DNA of 64,000 nucleotides from the human T2T-CHM13v2.0 reference genome, Homo sapiens: assembly GCF_009914755.1 (NCBI RefSeq), contig NC_060931.1. One strand, 5' to 3'. Below the pieces are notes generated by a model. The model was given only the letters and a program-made list of their open reading frames with translations. It had not been told where the DNA came from and made no database searches. Numbering within the stretch: the first letter of the stretch is position 1; the number at the start of each line of letters is the position of its first letter. Shown piece by piece: positions 36,438 to 55,639 of this stretch. The translations under genes and the position numbers were made by a program.

Positions 36438-36781
36438 GCCTGCATCCAAGAATGTTCTTACAGTCTTGGGTGGTCTTGGGGGTCAGCCTTTGGTGGGGAA
36501 CCAACTTGGGAGAAGGGATAGCTCTGACGGCTGCTGGGTATTGGCTACCTGAATAATAAGGGCTCTTGGAGTCATTTAGCACAAGGGTTTTTCACCTGCA
36601 TTTAGAGAAAAAAAACAAAACACAGATCATAGGTCATATAGCTGCCAAAAAGATCTTGTCTGTGTTGGTAGCCCAGACTCAAGTTCCAGCCCTGTCACCC
36701 CCAGACTGCTCTGTTTCTGGCCCCAGGCCTGGCGTTCATGGCGGCTGAACTCATGGTCTTTCCTGTCCCCTTCTTTTCCAG

Positions 36782-36958
36782 TTCTCAGAGTACATTCACG
36801 CCCAGGTGGCATCTGGCAAAGGGAAACTCGCTCCTGGCTTTGATGCTGAGCTGATTGTGAAGAATATGTTCACCAACCAGGACCGGAATGGAGATGGGAA
36901 GGTCACAGCCGAGGAATTTAAACTCAAAGACCAGGAAGCCAAACACGATGAACTCTAA
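36782..36958 (+). CDS. FKBP9: FKBP9 terminal coding exon 10 (EF-hand 2, HDEL ER-retention signal, TAA)
   Basis: ttccag|TTCTCAGAG; FSEYIHAQVASGKGKLAPGFDAELIVKNMFTNQDRNGDGKVTAEEFKLKDQEAKHDEL*. Confidence 0.96.
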   Translation, partial: FSEYIHAQVASGKGKLAPGFDAELIVKNMFTNQDRNGDGKVTAEEFKLKDQEAKHDEL

Positions 36959-37673
36959 ACCTGGCATGAACCAGATGGTGCCAGGGAGTACGTGACACCA
37001 AGCCACCTGTGTGGCAAGACGTGCAGTGAGGGTGCAAGGGTCTCTCAGAAGTTGCATCATTAGCCAGTAGTAGGTGGGTCACATAGTACCTGGTGTACAC
37101 ATCGGGGTGGGTTGATATATGGGGTGAGAAGTTTGGGCTGATCGCCAGTGATAGTAAACAAAATCTGTGCAGAGGGCCTTAGCATGGGATGTGTCCAGTA
37201 TTGAAAAGGCTGCACTGCCAACCATGATTTGTGAGCCTTCTGGGAAATTTTGTTATTAAAGGAATATATAGTGTCAGACGGAAGTTATAATCATCTTGGA
37301 GGAACCATAAGAAAAGGTGTCCAGGGTATCTATATAAAGAGGGTTAAATTTTTTTTTAACTTGCTGGTTAAAACATTTTAGAAATATTCTAGAGATGGGC
37401 AGGAGAGTCAAAGGGCTTGCTTGCCCCAGCAGAGTTCCCAGCAGACAGCCATGGCTCTTCCCAGCAGCCTGTGCAAATTCTGATGATGGCCCCACCCCCG
37501 CACACGCACACGCACATCATGCTTTTCCAGCTCATCACACCCCGCCCCACTATGGGCCTACCATTAATAGTGTATAACTTGGAGGTTAAAAGAGCCTTTT
37601 GGACAGAAAACTGGGCCAGGAAAAGGCATCTCAGACCACAAATAGAGAATTTGATTCCTCATTTGCCACATAA

Positions 37674-38019
<346 letters not shown>

Positions 38020-38485
38020 ACTTAGTTTTTTCTTATTCCCACCTTTCTATCCCATAGAACACTCTTTTTTATCTTCCCTGAACCATATTGATGAGATAAA
38101 TAGGGCTGGGGGCTGGGCCCCGCTGGTCACTCAACAGAGTATTTCCCTTGGCCGAGATGGAAGTTTTGTCCCAATAGATGAGCTGCTGAGCATCAACAAG
38201 GTGACATTTTTCTGCTGCCCATTTGTGTCCTGGAGACGGTGGTACCCTGAAGGCAGAGGCCAGCTGCCGCAAGACAGCAATGACAGTCCACCTGCCGACC
38301 TGATTCCTGCATCATGGAATAACCACATGGCTACCTTCTATCCTCTGTTCCCAAATGGTGGTGGCACTTATCCTGAAGTCGTCAATGATTTCCCTTTGAA
38401 ACTACTTTATTTTACTAATTTAAACTATTTTGTACTGATGTAGCCCTGAGGTAGTTCATGAAAATGCTGTGCACTCATTCCATGG

Positions 38486-38491
38486 AATAAA
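38486..38491 (+). terminator. FKBP9 polyadenylation signal AATAAA
   Basis: catggAATAAAtg followed by T/GT-rich sequence (tctggttttctgatgtttt). Confidence 0.75.
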
Positions 38492-38659
38492 TGTTGGAAA
38501 GCTGATCTTTTCTGATATAAAATGTTGAATGATATTATCTGGTTTTCTGATGTTTTATTGGAAGGCTGAAGACCTATGAGAATGCACCATGCAGTCAGAA
38601 TCCCCTTGATGAAAACAGCAGGACTTCACTGCATTTACTGAGGGAGCGCACTCTACTTA

Positions 38660-39140
38660 TAGGGAGTGTCAGTCAGGGTCCTGGCCCTCCTCTGGGACTC
38701 CTGAAGAGAAGCTAAGGAAAGGACTGTTTAGAGGGGTGTGGGCGAGGCTGGGGGAACTGAGGCTGTTGAGTGCCAGTGACAGCAGTGTTGGCCACCGCAG
38801 GAGGCTGCTACCACCAGGGCCTGAGAGCTCAAGAGGAGGCAGTGGGAGCAGCACAGGAAGGGCTACCTGGAGGCGTAACAGAGGGATGCAGCCAGCTGCA
38901 TCTGACAGTGCGGCTGACACTGCAGCAGAGCGAGGGACAAACGCCCCATCCCCTCTGTGCCCCCATTCTCTGATGCCTGCCACTGGCTCCCATTAGTGGA
39001 ACCATGTTGGAAGCCAGAGGGTAAGAGGAGCTCAGAGACTGGAGTTCTCAGAAGTCAGCCTCTTGAGTGCAGAGAAAGGTGGAGAATGAATCTGAGGTAG
39101 GGATGGGGTGGGTGGGAGCAAATGGAGAATTACTGGCACA
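38660..39140 (-). mobile_element. Probable old MLT1-family LTR
   Basis: ggaagccagagggtaagaggagc...gtcagcctc...gcaaatggagaattactggcaca resembles MLT1 ends. Confidence 0.5.
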
Positions 39141-39267
39141 TGTATAGAGAAACTGTGTGTGTGTGTGGTGCAATTATATATTTAAAAGCAATTATTTTAA
39201 TATATATTAATAAACATAAAATATATGTATTATATATACATAAAGTTGCTGTTAAAAAGCAAATGTT

Positions 39268-43010
<3,743 letters not shown>

Positions 43011-44454
43011 CCTGATTTAACTACTGTTTCCCTAGAACTCAGCACAACATAGAGACTTGTTGAGTAAGTGACTTTTCATTTAATCCTCATCTCTAGTTAA
43101 TACTCCCCTTTACAGATAAAAAACTAAGGCTTGGAGAAGTTAGAAACTTATTGCAGATGACAGAATCACAGATTCAGATCCAGGTCTGACTATTTCAAAG
43201 CTGTGTCCCTTGCACCTTGATCACTTTTTATGTGTTAAACTGGTACTGAAACACCAGACTAAGTACAAAAAGCAGCATGACTGTTGACTCTCTGGGTAAC
43301 TCTGGAGAAGTTTCAGGATAAGTTATTCAAGATTACATTGATCTTTTCCTTGCTGATTCTCCCTAGGGTATATCAAAGAGAAAACTGAACCTGAAGGCCG
43401 GTTAAACAGACCTTCGGTCATCTACCAAAATTTGGGTGACTATTAAATAGACCATGGAAGGTAGACTTCTCGTGAAATCACTCCAGAATGAGCTAGTATT
43501 ACTGATGGTTGTTTTCATTTTTTTCCAGTTTTGTCAAAATTGTTAGCTCTAGCCCTCAAAATTACTTTATTTCATAAAGTAAAATTTAAAGTTGAATAAA
43601 ACCACTGGCTAACGCTAGGCTCTTTGGAGAATATGGTAGTTACCATACACTACCAGTATTTGCTGGGGCTGCAAAAGATCATTCCATTTCATTGATTCAA
43701 CAAAACACTGTACTGGGGGATATAACAGCTTATACATTTGTGGACGGATTCTACCTAACATTGAATACTTGGACTGTTTTAAATGCATACATAAATTTCA
43801 AATGCATACATAAAAGATGAGCATATCTACTTATGAATCTAGAAGCTATATCACCATCTTCACTTAATAGATGAGCAAACTGGGACACAGGCTCAATAAT
43901 TTGTCCTGGTCACACTCTTAATGGCTATACTAAACTGGTCTGAAAACTGAACTCAAATACCAATATTTTAAATTTCAGTAGCATCAGGTGGCAGTGAGAT
44001 GTGATAGGTTAATAAACATATCATGGAAGAAGCATGAGACTCAATTTATGGAATTGGTTAGAAGAGGCCTTAGAGAGTGCATGTTCTTATGGCATTCATT
44101 ATATAGGGAGGTGACTGAACCTGTACTCTTAGTAAGGGGCTGAGCCATGACCAGAATGTAGATCATGACTTCAGTGTTCTTTAGATTTACAGCATGCAAT
44201 ATACTTACTCATGGAAGCATATTATAAACACCTTTGGGAAACAGCCAATATAAGCTCTGATTGCAATACAGGGGTAAAGAGCTATCATTGAATCAGATTC
44301 CCAACTGTTTTTTCTATGTGCAAAAGTCCTGCAGGTAATTCTGATACTCCCATGCCATGCTATCTGCTTTAATGCAAGAAGTTATTTTCAGTTTGATTTT
44401 AGAAACACTTAGGCAGGGTCTAGTCTGCCTTTTGCCATTGCATTTTTGTTTCAT

Positions 44455-45025
44455 TGTTTATTTATTGAGATGAGGTCTTGCTCTGTCACCCAGGCTGGAG
44501 TACAGGGGCATGATCTCAGCTCACTGCAAGCATTGGCCCCCCGGGCTCTAGCAATCCTCCTACCTTAGCCTCCTGAGTACCTGGAACCACAGGTGCGCAC
44601 CATCATGCCTGGCTAATTTTTTGTATTTTTAGTAGAGACTGAGTCCTGCCATGTTGCCCAGGCTGGTCTTGAACTCCGCCTTGGCCTCCCAGAATGCTGG
44701 GATTACAGATGTGAGCCACTGCACCTGGCCTCATTATTTTTATGCTTTTTTGAGATAAGTTCTTGCTCTGTTGACCAGCCTGGAGTGCAGTGGTGCAATC
44801 ACAGCTCACTGCAGCCTCAACCTCCCCAGGCTCAGGTGATTCTCCCACCTCAGCCTCCTGTGTAGCTGGGACTACAGGTGCATCACCATGCCTGGCTAAT
44901 TTTTTGTAGAGACTGGGGTCTCCCTATGTTGCCCAGGCTGATCTCAAACATCTAGGCTCAAGCGATCCACTCGCCTTGGCCTCCCAAAGCGCTGGGATTA
45001 CAGGTGTGAGCCTCCGTGCCTGGCC
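44455..45025 (-). mobile_element. Two tandem antisense AluJ
   Basis: Alu consensus. Confidence 0.85.
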
Positions 45026-45729
45026 TGCTTCATTGCTTATGATGATGAAAAGGAGTGGTGGGGGAGGATAAGGATGGGCATTCCCAGGTCAAAAAGGTTT
45101 CCTAACATGTGACCTTGCCTTCCAGCCACATCTGACTGAACTAGAGACTGCTGCTCACACTGGATGGCCAGAATGAATCAGATCATGCTTTGTGTGTATC
45201 ATAGCTCAGGTGCTTATATAAGCAAACCAATTAGGTGTTCATAGGATCTGGAATTAAGGGTAAGAATCACAGTCAAATTGATCACAATGGCAGGTCTAAA
45301 TCCTGAAGATGAATGATGAGGCAGAGCCAGAGATGTGGAGTGGGTAGCTGGACTGTACAGAGAGATGCTGGCTCCTAATGTCGCAGTGCTGCTCAGATTC
45401 AGTCACCACGAGACCCAGCTCCACTGCTTCCTGTCTCGGCTTCTGAAACTTGCAGACTTGTACCTTTTACTGATGTTTTAAATGGGAGAAAATAATTTTC
45501 AGAGGTCTCAGTATTTTCTGAAGGGCAGACAAAATTTTCCCTGAAATATCTTTAGACTTAAATAATTTCTGAAAATATTCAATCTAAATAGCCACTATGA
45601 CAAGGACTTTAGAATTTATATATCACAAAAGACAGGCAGACGGAGAGAAAGAAACAAGAAGAAAACAAAAAACCATGGTAGGTGCTCAATAAATATTTGT
45701 TGACTCAGTAAAGATAGTTTTGACCATAG

Positions 45730-46335
45730 AATTAAAAAGGTTTTGCATTTCATATTTATTATCAGTGCTTCAATATAGAATGTTTTGTAATGATTAGCAA
45801 CATTGTAAACACCACCAGGTTTTTCCAACACTAACTGCTAGTCTTTTCCAGTAAATATTTTTTCCCCAGACAAAATAACCAAACCTAACACAATTTCAAG
45901 AGATGGTGATACCATCAGCATAATAACCCAAATTACAAAAATGGCAATACTTAAAATCATGCATATTATTTCACCATTTCATAAAACTTATTTTAAAATT
46001 TCTACAAACTTTCCCAGTGTAAAAGACTCCTCAAAAGCTGCATGATAACATTAAACTACAAAATTCACTTTGGAAAAGTAGGGAGTTATTTTTCTAATTT
46101 TGGCTTTAAGATTTTTTTTTTTAAATGGGTTAAAAGATACGGTGAGGAGTGTGTTGAGAGAGGTGGAGAAAAGGAGCTTCCAGTCAATGCATTCACCATA
46201 TCTGAAAATACTTCAGTTATACAAAGGGAACACTTCGAGAGTAAGGATATATTATAAATAAGTCTCTCAGCAAGATGAACGGATGAACAGTTCAATTGCA
46301 CCCACAGGAGAGAGGTCTTCTTGGAGAATGCTTGT
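45730..46335 (-). other. NT5C3A: NT5C3A 3'UTR (AU-rich); end approximate
   Basis: Lies between TAA at 46336-46338 and the poly(A) signal. Confidence 0.7.
45755..45760 (-). terminator. NT5C3A polyadenylation signal AATAAA (tttatt on + strand)
   Basis: Canonical hexamer ~580 nt downstream of the NT5C3A stop. Confidence 0.7.
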
Positions 46336-46437
46336 TTATAGAATCTTCTGTAAAATAGAGTTGGCTACTTCTAATGATTCATCTTGTACTAAAACAATAT
46401 CATAAGAGTCCATGTACTTTTCTAAAAGCTCATCCAC
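46336..46437 (-). CDS. NT5C3A: NT5C3A terminal coding exon
   Basis: minus strand gattag|GTGGATGAG...CTATAA; [33 protein letters not shown]. Confidence 0.95.
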   Translation of the reverse strand: MDELLEKYMDSYDIVLVQDESLEVANSILQKIL

Positions 46438-46656
46438 CTAATCAAGAGATGAACAAAAGAAAATTAACATGCAGGGCAAAGAAACAAATAATTTCAGTAT
46501 GAATCTCGTTGTTAGATCTCTTGGGCAAAATGCAATAAATTAAATTCACTTTCAAAAAATCTTTGAAATGAAGAAATATTTTCAAATCCTTAAGACCCAC
46601 TGACAGACATTTTTCCACATGGTAGCTTTTCTCCCCAAAATGCTCTCTCTCCAGTC

Positions 46657-46790
46657 CAGTGGCTTTCAAATGGGGTGATTTTTGTCCACGGAACATTTAG
46701 TAATGTCTAGGGACATTTTTGAGTCTCATGGCAGGAGACTGCTATCCAGCATCTAGTGGGCAGAAGACACAGAGGCCTCCTACAGAATAC
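46657..46790 (+). mobile_element. MER20-like DNA transposon fragment
   Basis: cagtggctttcaaatggggtgatttttg...aatgtctagggacattttt...gcatctagtgggcaga. Confidence 0.7.
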
Positions 46791-46890
46791 ACATCCTCCC
46801 TTTTCCCAGTACCTATAGCATGCATCTCAGCTCCTTTTTAAACATCACCAGTATAAAGAACAATCAAAATGCATGATCACAATATGTTTT

Positions 46891-48814
<1,924 letters not shown>

Positions 48815-48876
48815 TTACTACTTTTATTATTAGTCTATAGCTTGGGGAATGAAAGTTTAAGAAGGGCACATTGTTT

Positions 48877-49259
<383 letters not shown>

Positions 49260-49681
49260 TTACTTAGAAGCTAAAAAAGTGAAATATTCCTAGTAATTCT
49301 ATGGCTCACTCATATTCTCATTTCAATATACTGCCCAAGAGGGCTGTTATTGATATCTACAATACTACAAGTTTTTCAAACAACAGTTAACTCTTTACTT
49401 TCCCTTTAATCAATTCTAATACTACAAACTAGATGTCTTTAAGCTTTCACTGAATATGAATATAAACCTACAGTTCACAATTTATACCATTTAAAAAGAA
49501 ATAGGCAGGCATAGCAGTGCATGCCTATAGTCCCAGCTATTTGGGAGGCTGAGGCTTGAGGATTGCTTGAGCCCAGGAGTTCTAGTCCAGTCTGGGCAAC
49601 ATAGCGAGACCCTGTCTCTAAAATGAAATTTAAAAAGAGAAAACAATAGTTAAGCTACACCTTGAAAACCCCACTTAGGGG

Positions 49682-49867
49682 TTAAAACATGGATATATTA
49701 ACACTGAGAAGGATGGAGTCCCATAGTGGGCCTATCAATTTGGCCTAACTTAATGGATATATATTGACCAACAACAAATACATTTACATGATTAAAATAT
49801 TTTCAGATTTTAAAATTATGAAGAATGACTTGATATTCTTACAGTTTCATCAAAATCCATAAAATTG
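49682..49867. repeat. Copy 2 of the local ~190-bp direct repeat (intronic)
   Basis: atggatatattaacactgagaaggatggagtccca...ttacagtttcatcaaaatccataaaattg shared with copy 1. Confidence 0.92.
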
Positions 49868-50173
49868 AAAAGAAAAGCAGAGTGGCAGGAACTTAGATGT
49901 ATTCTCGACATCTGGCATGTGTCTTTACTAAGATCTTAAGCCCTCTTCCCTTTTTTACCCTTCCTGGGCCATAGGTTAAAGAATGCTAATGTTGCCTACT
50001 AAGGAATGAAACACTTACTAGCTGTCCTCACACTTTTTCTGACAATTTATTGCTTTCCTTTTTAGAAGTAATCACCTTAAAATATAACATCATCATAAAA
50101 AAGTAACATCATCATATTTGCCTAATGAGTTGAAAATTTTACGAGGTAATAAACAGTATTAAACAGGCTCTTG

Positions 50174-50875
50174 GGCTGGGCGCAGTGGCTCACGCCTGTA
50201 ACCCCAGCACTTTGGGAGGCGGAGATGCGCAGATCACAAGGTCAGGAGATCGAGACCATCCTGGCTAACTCGGTGAAACCCCGTCTCTACTAAAAATACA
50301 AAAAATTAGCCGGGCGTGGTGGCAGGCGCCTGAAGTCCTGGCTAGTCAGGAGACTGAGGCAGGAGAATGGCGTGAACCTGGGAGGCGGAGCTTACACCAC
50401 TGCACTCCAGCCTGGGTGACAGAGCGAGACTCCGTCTCAAAAAAAAAAGAAAAAAAAAAGCCTCTTGTATCTTATAACTCATGCATACATATATAATTAT
50501 GTACTAAAACATACTAATCTTTCCTAGGAATAGTTTTCAAAGAAGTTCGAGAATTTAAAAAGTAGGCTTATGTAAATTTAGACATAGTATACTGCCAGGC
50601 ATGGTGGCTCACACATATAATCCCAGCACTTTGGGATCGCTTGAGCTCAAGAGTTCAAGACCAGTCTGGGCAACATGGTGAAATCCCATCTTTACAAAAA
50701 TATATAAAAATTAGCCAGGCATGGTGGTGCATGACTGTAGTCCCAGCTACTTGAGAGGCTGAGGCAAGGGGATCGCTTGAGCCCAGGAGGCAGAGGTTGA
50801 ACTGAGGAAGAGATTATGTCACTACACTCTAACCTGGGCAACAGAGAGAGACCCTGTCTTTAAAAAAAAAAAAAA
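50174..50875 (+). mobile_element. AluY with internal deletion (50174-50459) and AluJ (50594-50875)
   Basis: Alu consensus. Confidence 0.85.
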
Positions 50876-51239
50876 GTATACTTAAATCCCTTTTAACTTG
50901 ATTTATACATTCCTTTCATATGTCTTTCCTAAGTATTTTGCTAAAAAATTTTTAAATGGCCTTGGTTCAAAAATTTTAAGTCTTGACATTTTTAATCTGG
51001 AGAAACAAAATACAAATTAGAATTTAAATCTCATAAGGCTCTTACTACCTACACCAAGATCTAATACGTCATTCTAAATTCCTTATCTTACCACTATGTA
51101 TTTTGTGATAGGTGGCATATTTTGGATATGGTTATATAAGGAATATTCAATCTTATTTTTAAAAAGTACAACTGACTACATAAATAGCAATAATTCAAGT
51201 CTGTGAACAATAACAGCAAAAAACATCCAAGAAACTTAC

Positions 51240-51329
51240 TTGAGCATAACGTCAGATTCTGCCACAATTTCTTTAAGTTTAGCTTTTGGTAAAGCTTGCT
51301 GAACAAGCAAACCATGTGATTTAGTATAC
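51240..51329 (-). CDS. NT5C3A: NT5C3A coding exon (90 bp)
   Basis: ctccag|GTATACT...CTCAA|gtaag; [29 protein letters not shown]. Confidence 0.93.
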
Positions 51330-52874
51330 CTGGAGTTTATGACCAAAGGAAAAAAGACTATCAATTAAGACAAACTAAAATTATTATCTTTATTACAAAG
51401 CATTCTTCCATGTGAGAAAATCTGTTCCTCATATTTGGATTTAAATTTTAGAGATTGAAGTTCATCACTAATGAATGTATACCTCATGTCTCAAAATGTG
51501 ATATGCATGTTCTTACTGAGTTTCCCAGTCCTCCCAAACCCAGACTTAGCTTAAATATGTTAGTAAGGTAATGAAAGGAAACTAGCTATAAACCTTTCCT
51601 AATTCTACACATAAAAACTCAACCCAACCTATGGAAGCATAATCCTTTCTCTGATTGCAGTAAAATGAATTAGAGCAACCCCATTTTTAAAATTTGTTTG
51701 TAGTTTGAATTTTCTACATACTGAAGATGCTACTTAGTGAACAAGAGAGAAAATCTTTGTTATGGCAAGTGTCATATACAGATTAGCCTGCTTTATGTAG
51801 AAAACACCTATAATCATAGCATCTCAGTATAAAGGGCCCTTAGACTCTCTAACCCATTACAATTATGCAAACAGCCACTAAAAACAGAAAGAAAGAAACG
51901 AAAAGAAAAAAAAGCCTAACTCTTCATCTGATACCTAAAAATACCCCTATAATATTCCTAAGTCACCTTCTTCCCTGCCTGGGTCAGCTTCTAACATGTC
52001 AGTAAGCTCATTCTCCCAGGGAAGCTTATTCCATTGCCAGAAAACTCTTAATTGCTAGACAGGCTTTTCATTTCTCATGCTGAAATCAATCTTCTTATAT
52101 CTTCCAAGTCTAGTTCCAGTTCTGCTGCTACCAGTTTGTAGAGTTAAGTCTAATATCTTTTCAACATTTAATACCACAAATACAGATGAAGTATGCAACT
52201 GTTACGTAACGGGACAATAAAGACAAATCATTCCTGGTCTCCTAAGATTTTAAAACAAGTTGTTCCTTCTCAAATCAAAGCATTTTCTATTCCTTGAAAT
52301 GTTCGTCAAGTGGGAAGGCTCAAATTCCTCTGATCATTCTGGTGGACTACTCTGACTCCTTTTAAGTTTGTCATGATCTATTTTTTTTTTTTTTTGGTCA
52401 CTATTGTCATGGTTTCTCTTAACAGCATTCTTCCAGAATCCGACACAGTGCTTTCAGTGTGATCTGCCTGAACACTGCATTTTGATTAATGCAACCAAAG
52501 GTCGATTTTTGGGTAACCATATCACCTGCTGGCTCTGAGTTCAGACTCAGTTTAAATCCTCATACCTTTTCTTTACACATTAAGCCACGTTTTGTTTATA
52601 CTTAAAAAAAAATTCTTGTTTTTAATTTGAGACTTAAATGCAGGACTTTTAATTTATTCCTACTGGACTTCACCTTAAATAAACAAAACAAAAGGATTCC
52701 TAAACTGTTAGAGAGATTAGATAATTAGAGCTCATTTTGTTATTCAATGCTCTAACTTGCATAATTTATTAATCTGTTTGTTTGCAATACAGGTAAAAAA
52801 TAAGCCATCAGTTGTAACTGCAGTGTTGTTTTATTATTTTTTTTTAATCCTCCTACTGCCTAATATACACTTAC

Positions 52875-52960
52875 CATTCCACCATATAAGGGTACTTCTC
52901 TTCTACAGTAAGAACAGGATCAACTTCAATAGCGTAGTATTTTTCCTTTAGTTGCAATAA
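52875..52960 (-). CDS. NT5C3A: NT5C3A coding exon (86 bp)
   Basis: tcctag|TTATTG...GAATG|gtaag; LLQLKEKYYAIEVDPVLTVEEKYPYMVE. Confidence 0.93.
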
Positions 52961-53655
52961 CTAGGAAGATATGAATAACTTAATCATGAAGATTACTTGA
53001 AAATAAATCTGCTTGGTTTTATAGAAAGCAAAACAATGTAAACAAGTATTTTCAACAAACTGCTTTAAAAGTTGAGCTAATGCATCAATTGAAAAAATAT
53101 TTGTTGATCTTAGTTGACATGTAATCAAATATACCTGCAAAAAGCTACCTTTCTTTTGTAAAGTACTTTCAGATGAGTAAAAACCAACAATAAAATTATC
53201 AGTACAAAAAACACTTTAGTTTTCACATAAAGGTATTAAATTTGATTCACATTTCAAATTGCATTTTGTTAAGATATACACAGACACATACATACTCAAG
53301 CGAAGTACTGAAGCAACTTCCTCATCAACTTAAAGGAGCAAAACCTATAGAAAACTGAAGTACTTTTGTTTTAAATCTCCAGTTAACGTCACAACACCAG
53401 AATACTTTGGTAATCATTTAAGAGTTTTAAATATAAGTTTTGTTGTCAAGTTACTGTGAATTTTTATCTTTAAAATATGTTTTGAATGTGTAATTCATAC
53501 AGCAAACCTACTATTTACTGAGTGCTTACTATGTGCCAGGTATGGCTGTAAGCACTTTACATCCATTCTTACTTCTGTGAATGCACCTGAAGAAATTCTC
53601 AGGCAAAAAGGGTAATGAAGTCTTTGAGTGACTATAGATTGTTGTTAGTGTTTAC

Positions 53656-53702
53656 CTTTTTTCTACATTCATCTGTAACCAGCTTACAGTTGTCAATGAT
53701 AT
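53656..53702 (-). CDS. NT5C3A: NT5C3A coding exon (47 bp)
   Basis: ctttag|ATATCATT...AAAAAG|gtaaa; (N)IIDNCKLVTDECRKK. Confidence 0.92.
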
Positions 53703-53777
53703 CTAAAGATAGAAAGCAAAATAAGCATTAAAAGAAATACTCTGATTTATGCTACCACTACTATGAATAATTTGCTA

Positions 53778-53822
53778 TAAAGTAATGGCAAAAAACTCAA
53801 TTACTTTTGCACCAACCCAATA
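53778..53822. mobile_element. Half MADE1 (Hsmar1 MITE) terminal inverted repeat
   Basis: agtaatggcaaaaaactcaattacttttgcaccaacccaata matches the recalled MADE1 arm plus TA. Confidence 0.8.
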
Positions 53823-54522
53823 CTTTTAAGTAATGCCAAGTCAACTAGCATGGTTATTATAACTTTTGGTGTCAGTGGTATAATTCACATGACATTGTTA
53901 AAGAAGCTAATGGCTTAAAATCTGAGATTCAGTGACTGCTCGCTTACATCACTGAGATAGACAATTCAATATCTTCAAATACTATGAACTGTGTATTGAT
54001 CACTTCCATTTTCTACTTTGTAATTAAATATAAGAAACATATGGGAAATACATTTTTTTCGTAATAAAAAGATAATAAATGCTTAACGTAAACATCTGGA
54101 AAATCCAGACCACTGTAAAGAAGAAAACAAAAATTGAATGGTAAAAGGTTTTAGCATTCAATAATAAGTAATGAACAATATTTTAGTATATTTCCTTTCA
54201 GTCTTAAGATTTCATGTATATCAATTAGATAAGAGATCATACCAAATCTGTAATTTTGAATTTTCTTTTTCATTTCACATTGTAGTCTGCATTTTTCCAT
54301 GTAATTAAAATTTCTGGTATGTGAGCAGAAAATAATTTATATCATTTCTGCAGCATTAAACTTTTTAGGTTGCTTCCAAGCATCTGCTATTAGTAATAAT
54401 TTTATGTTGAGCTTAGTCACCATTATTTTTGTGAATAAAGTTTTTTAAAAACTGCATTTGAGATTATTAGAAATTCTCCAAAGAGGACTTAATAGGGCAA
54501 AGGATATGAAGATTTTTAGTGT

Positions 54523-55159
54523 TTTTTTTTTTTTTCGAGACAGGGTCTTGTTTTGTCATCCAGGCTGGAGTGCAGTGGTGCGATTATGGCTCACTATAGA
54601 CTTGCCCTCCCAGGCTCAAGGACCCTCTCAGCCTCCCAAATGAGTAGCTGGGACCACAGGCATGCCACAATGCCCAGCTAATTTTTTATTTTTTGTAAGA
54701 AAAGGTCTTATTATGTTGCTCAGGCTGGTCTCAAACTCCTGGGCTCAAGTGATTATTCCACCTCCACCTCCTGAAGTGCTGGGATTACAGGCGTGAGCCA
54801 CTGTGCCTGGCAATTTTTAGCATTTTTTTAATACAAGTTATCAAAATAATTTTTCTTTTCCTTTTTTACTTTTTTTTGAGATGAAGTTTCACTCTGTTGC
54901 CCAGGCTGGAGCGCAGTTGTGCAATCTTGGCTCACTGCAAACTCCACGTCCCGGGTTCAAGTGATTCTCCTGCCTCAGCCTCCTGAGTAGCTGGGATTAC
55001 AGGTGCCCGCCACCATGCCCAGCTAATTTTTGTATTTTTAGTAGAGACAGGGTTTCATCATTTTGGTCAGGCTGGTCTTGAACTCCTGACTGCAAATGAT
55101 CTGCCCGCCTCAGCTTCCCAAAATGCCGAGATTACAGGCATGAGTGACCGCACCCAGCC
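54523..55159 (-). mobile_element. Two antisense Alus
   Basis: Alu consensus. Confidence 0.87.
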
Positions 55160-55639
55160 CCAAAATAATTTTTCAATTTACACATATACTAAAAGCAAAT
55201 GAGAGAGTTCATTTCACCGTTTCCCTGTCAGGTTGAAGAGTGTTATTTTAAAAACTCACAGCCAAGTTGGAAAACAAAAAAGACATTAAAATTTGGTAAA
55301 ATTCCTAGAAAACAAAGTATTTGATAAATGGTGTTTCTTCAGGTTAACCCAAAGTTTACAACCTATTTAAATATTTCTTGAATAATGAATAGACCATATT
55401 TGGCAAGAAATATTTCAGGAGTCTCTGATTCCCTTTGCTACCAAAACCATACATGAAAATAACCATTTATATAATATGGGGAAAAAAACCTCAAAAATAT
55501 AATAAGAAAAAGCAGGTCTCCTCACTGTCAATGTCCAAGAAGAATTTTAAAAACCCAGTTATCTCACAGGTAATATAAAGAGGATCTTAAAATAATGATG
55601 ACATGCTTTTGTGAATTTGTTTACAAATATCACACTTAC

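Noticed and set aside
43390-43460. Small hairpin-like sequence considered as an ncRNA
   Set aside because: Short imperfect stem with no recognisable tRNA, snRNA, Y RNA or snoRNA motifs.
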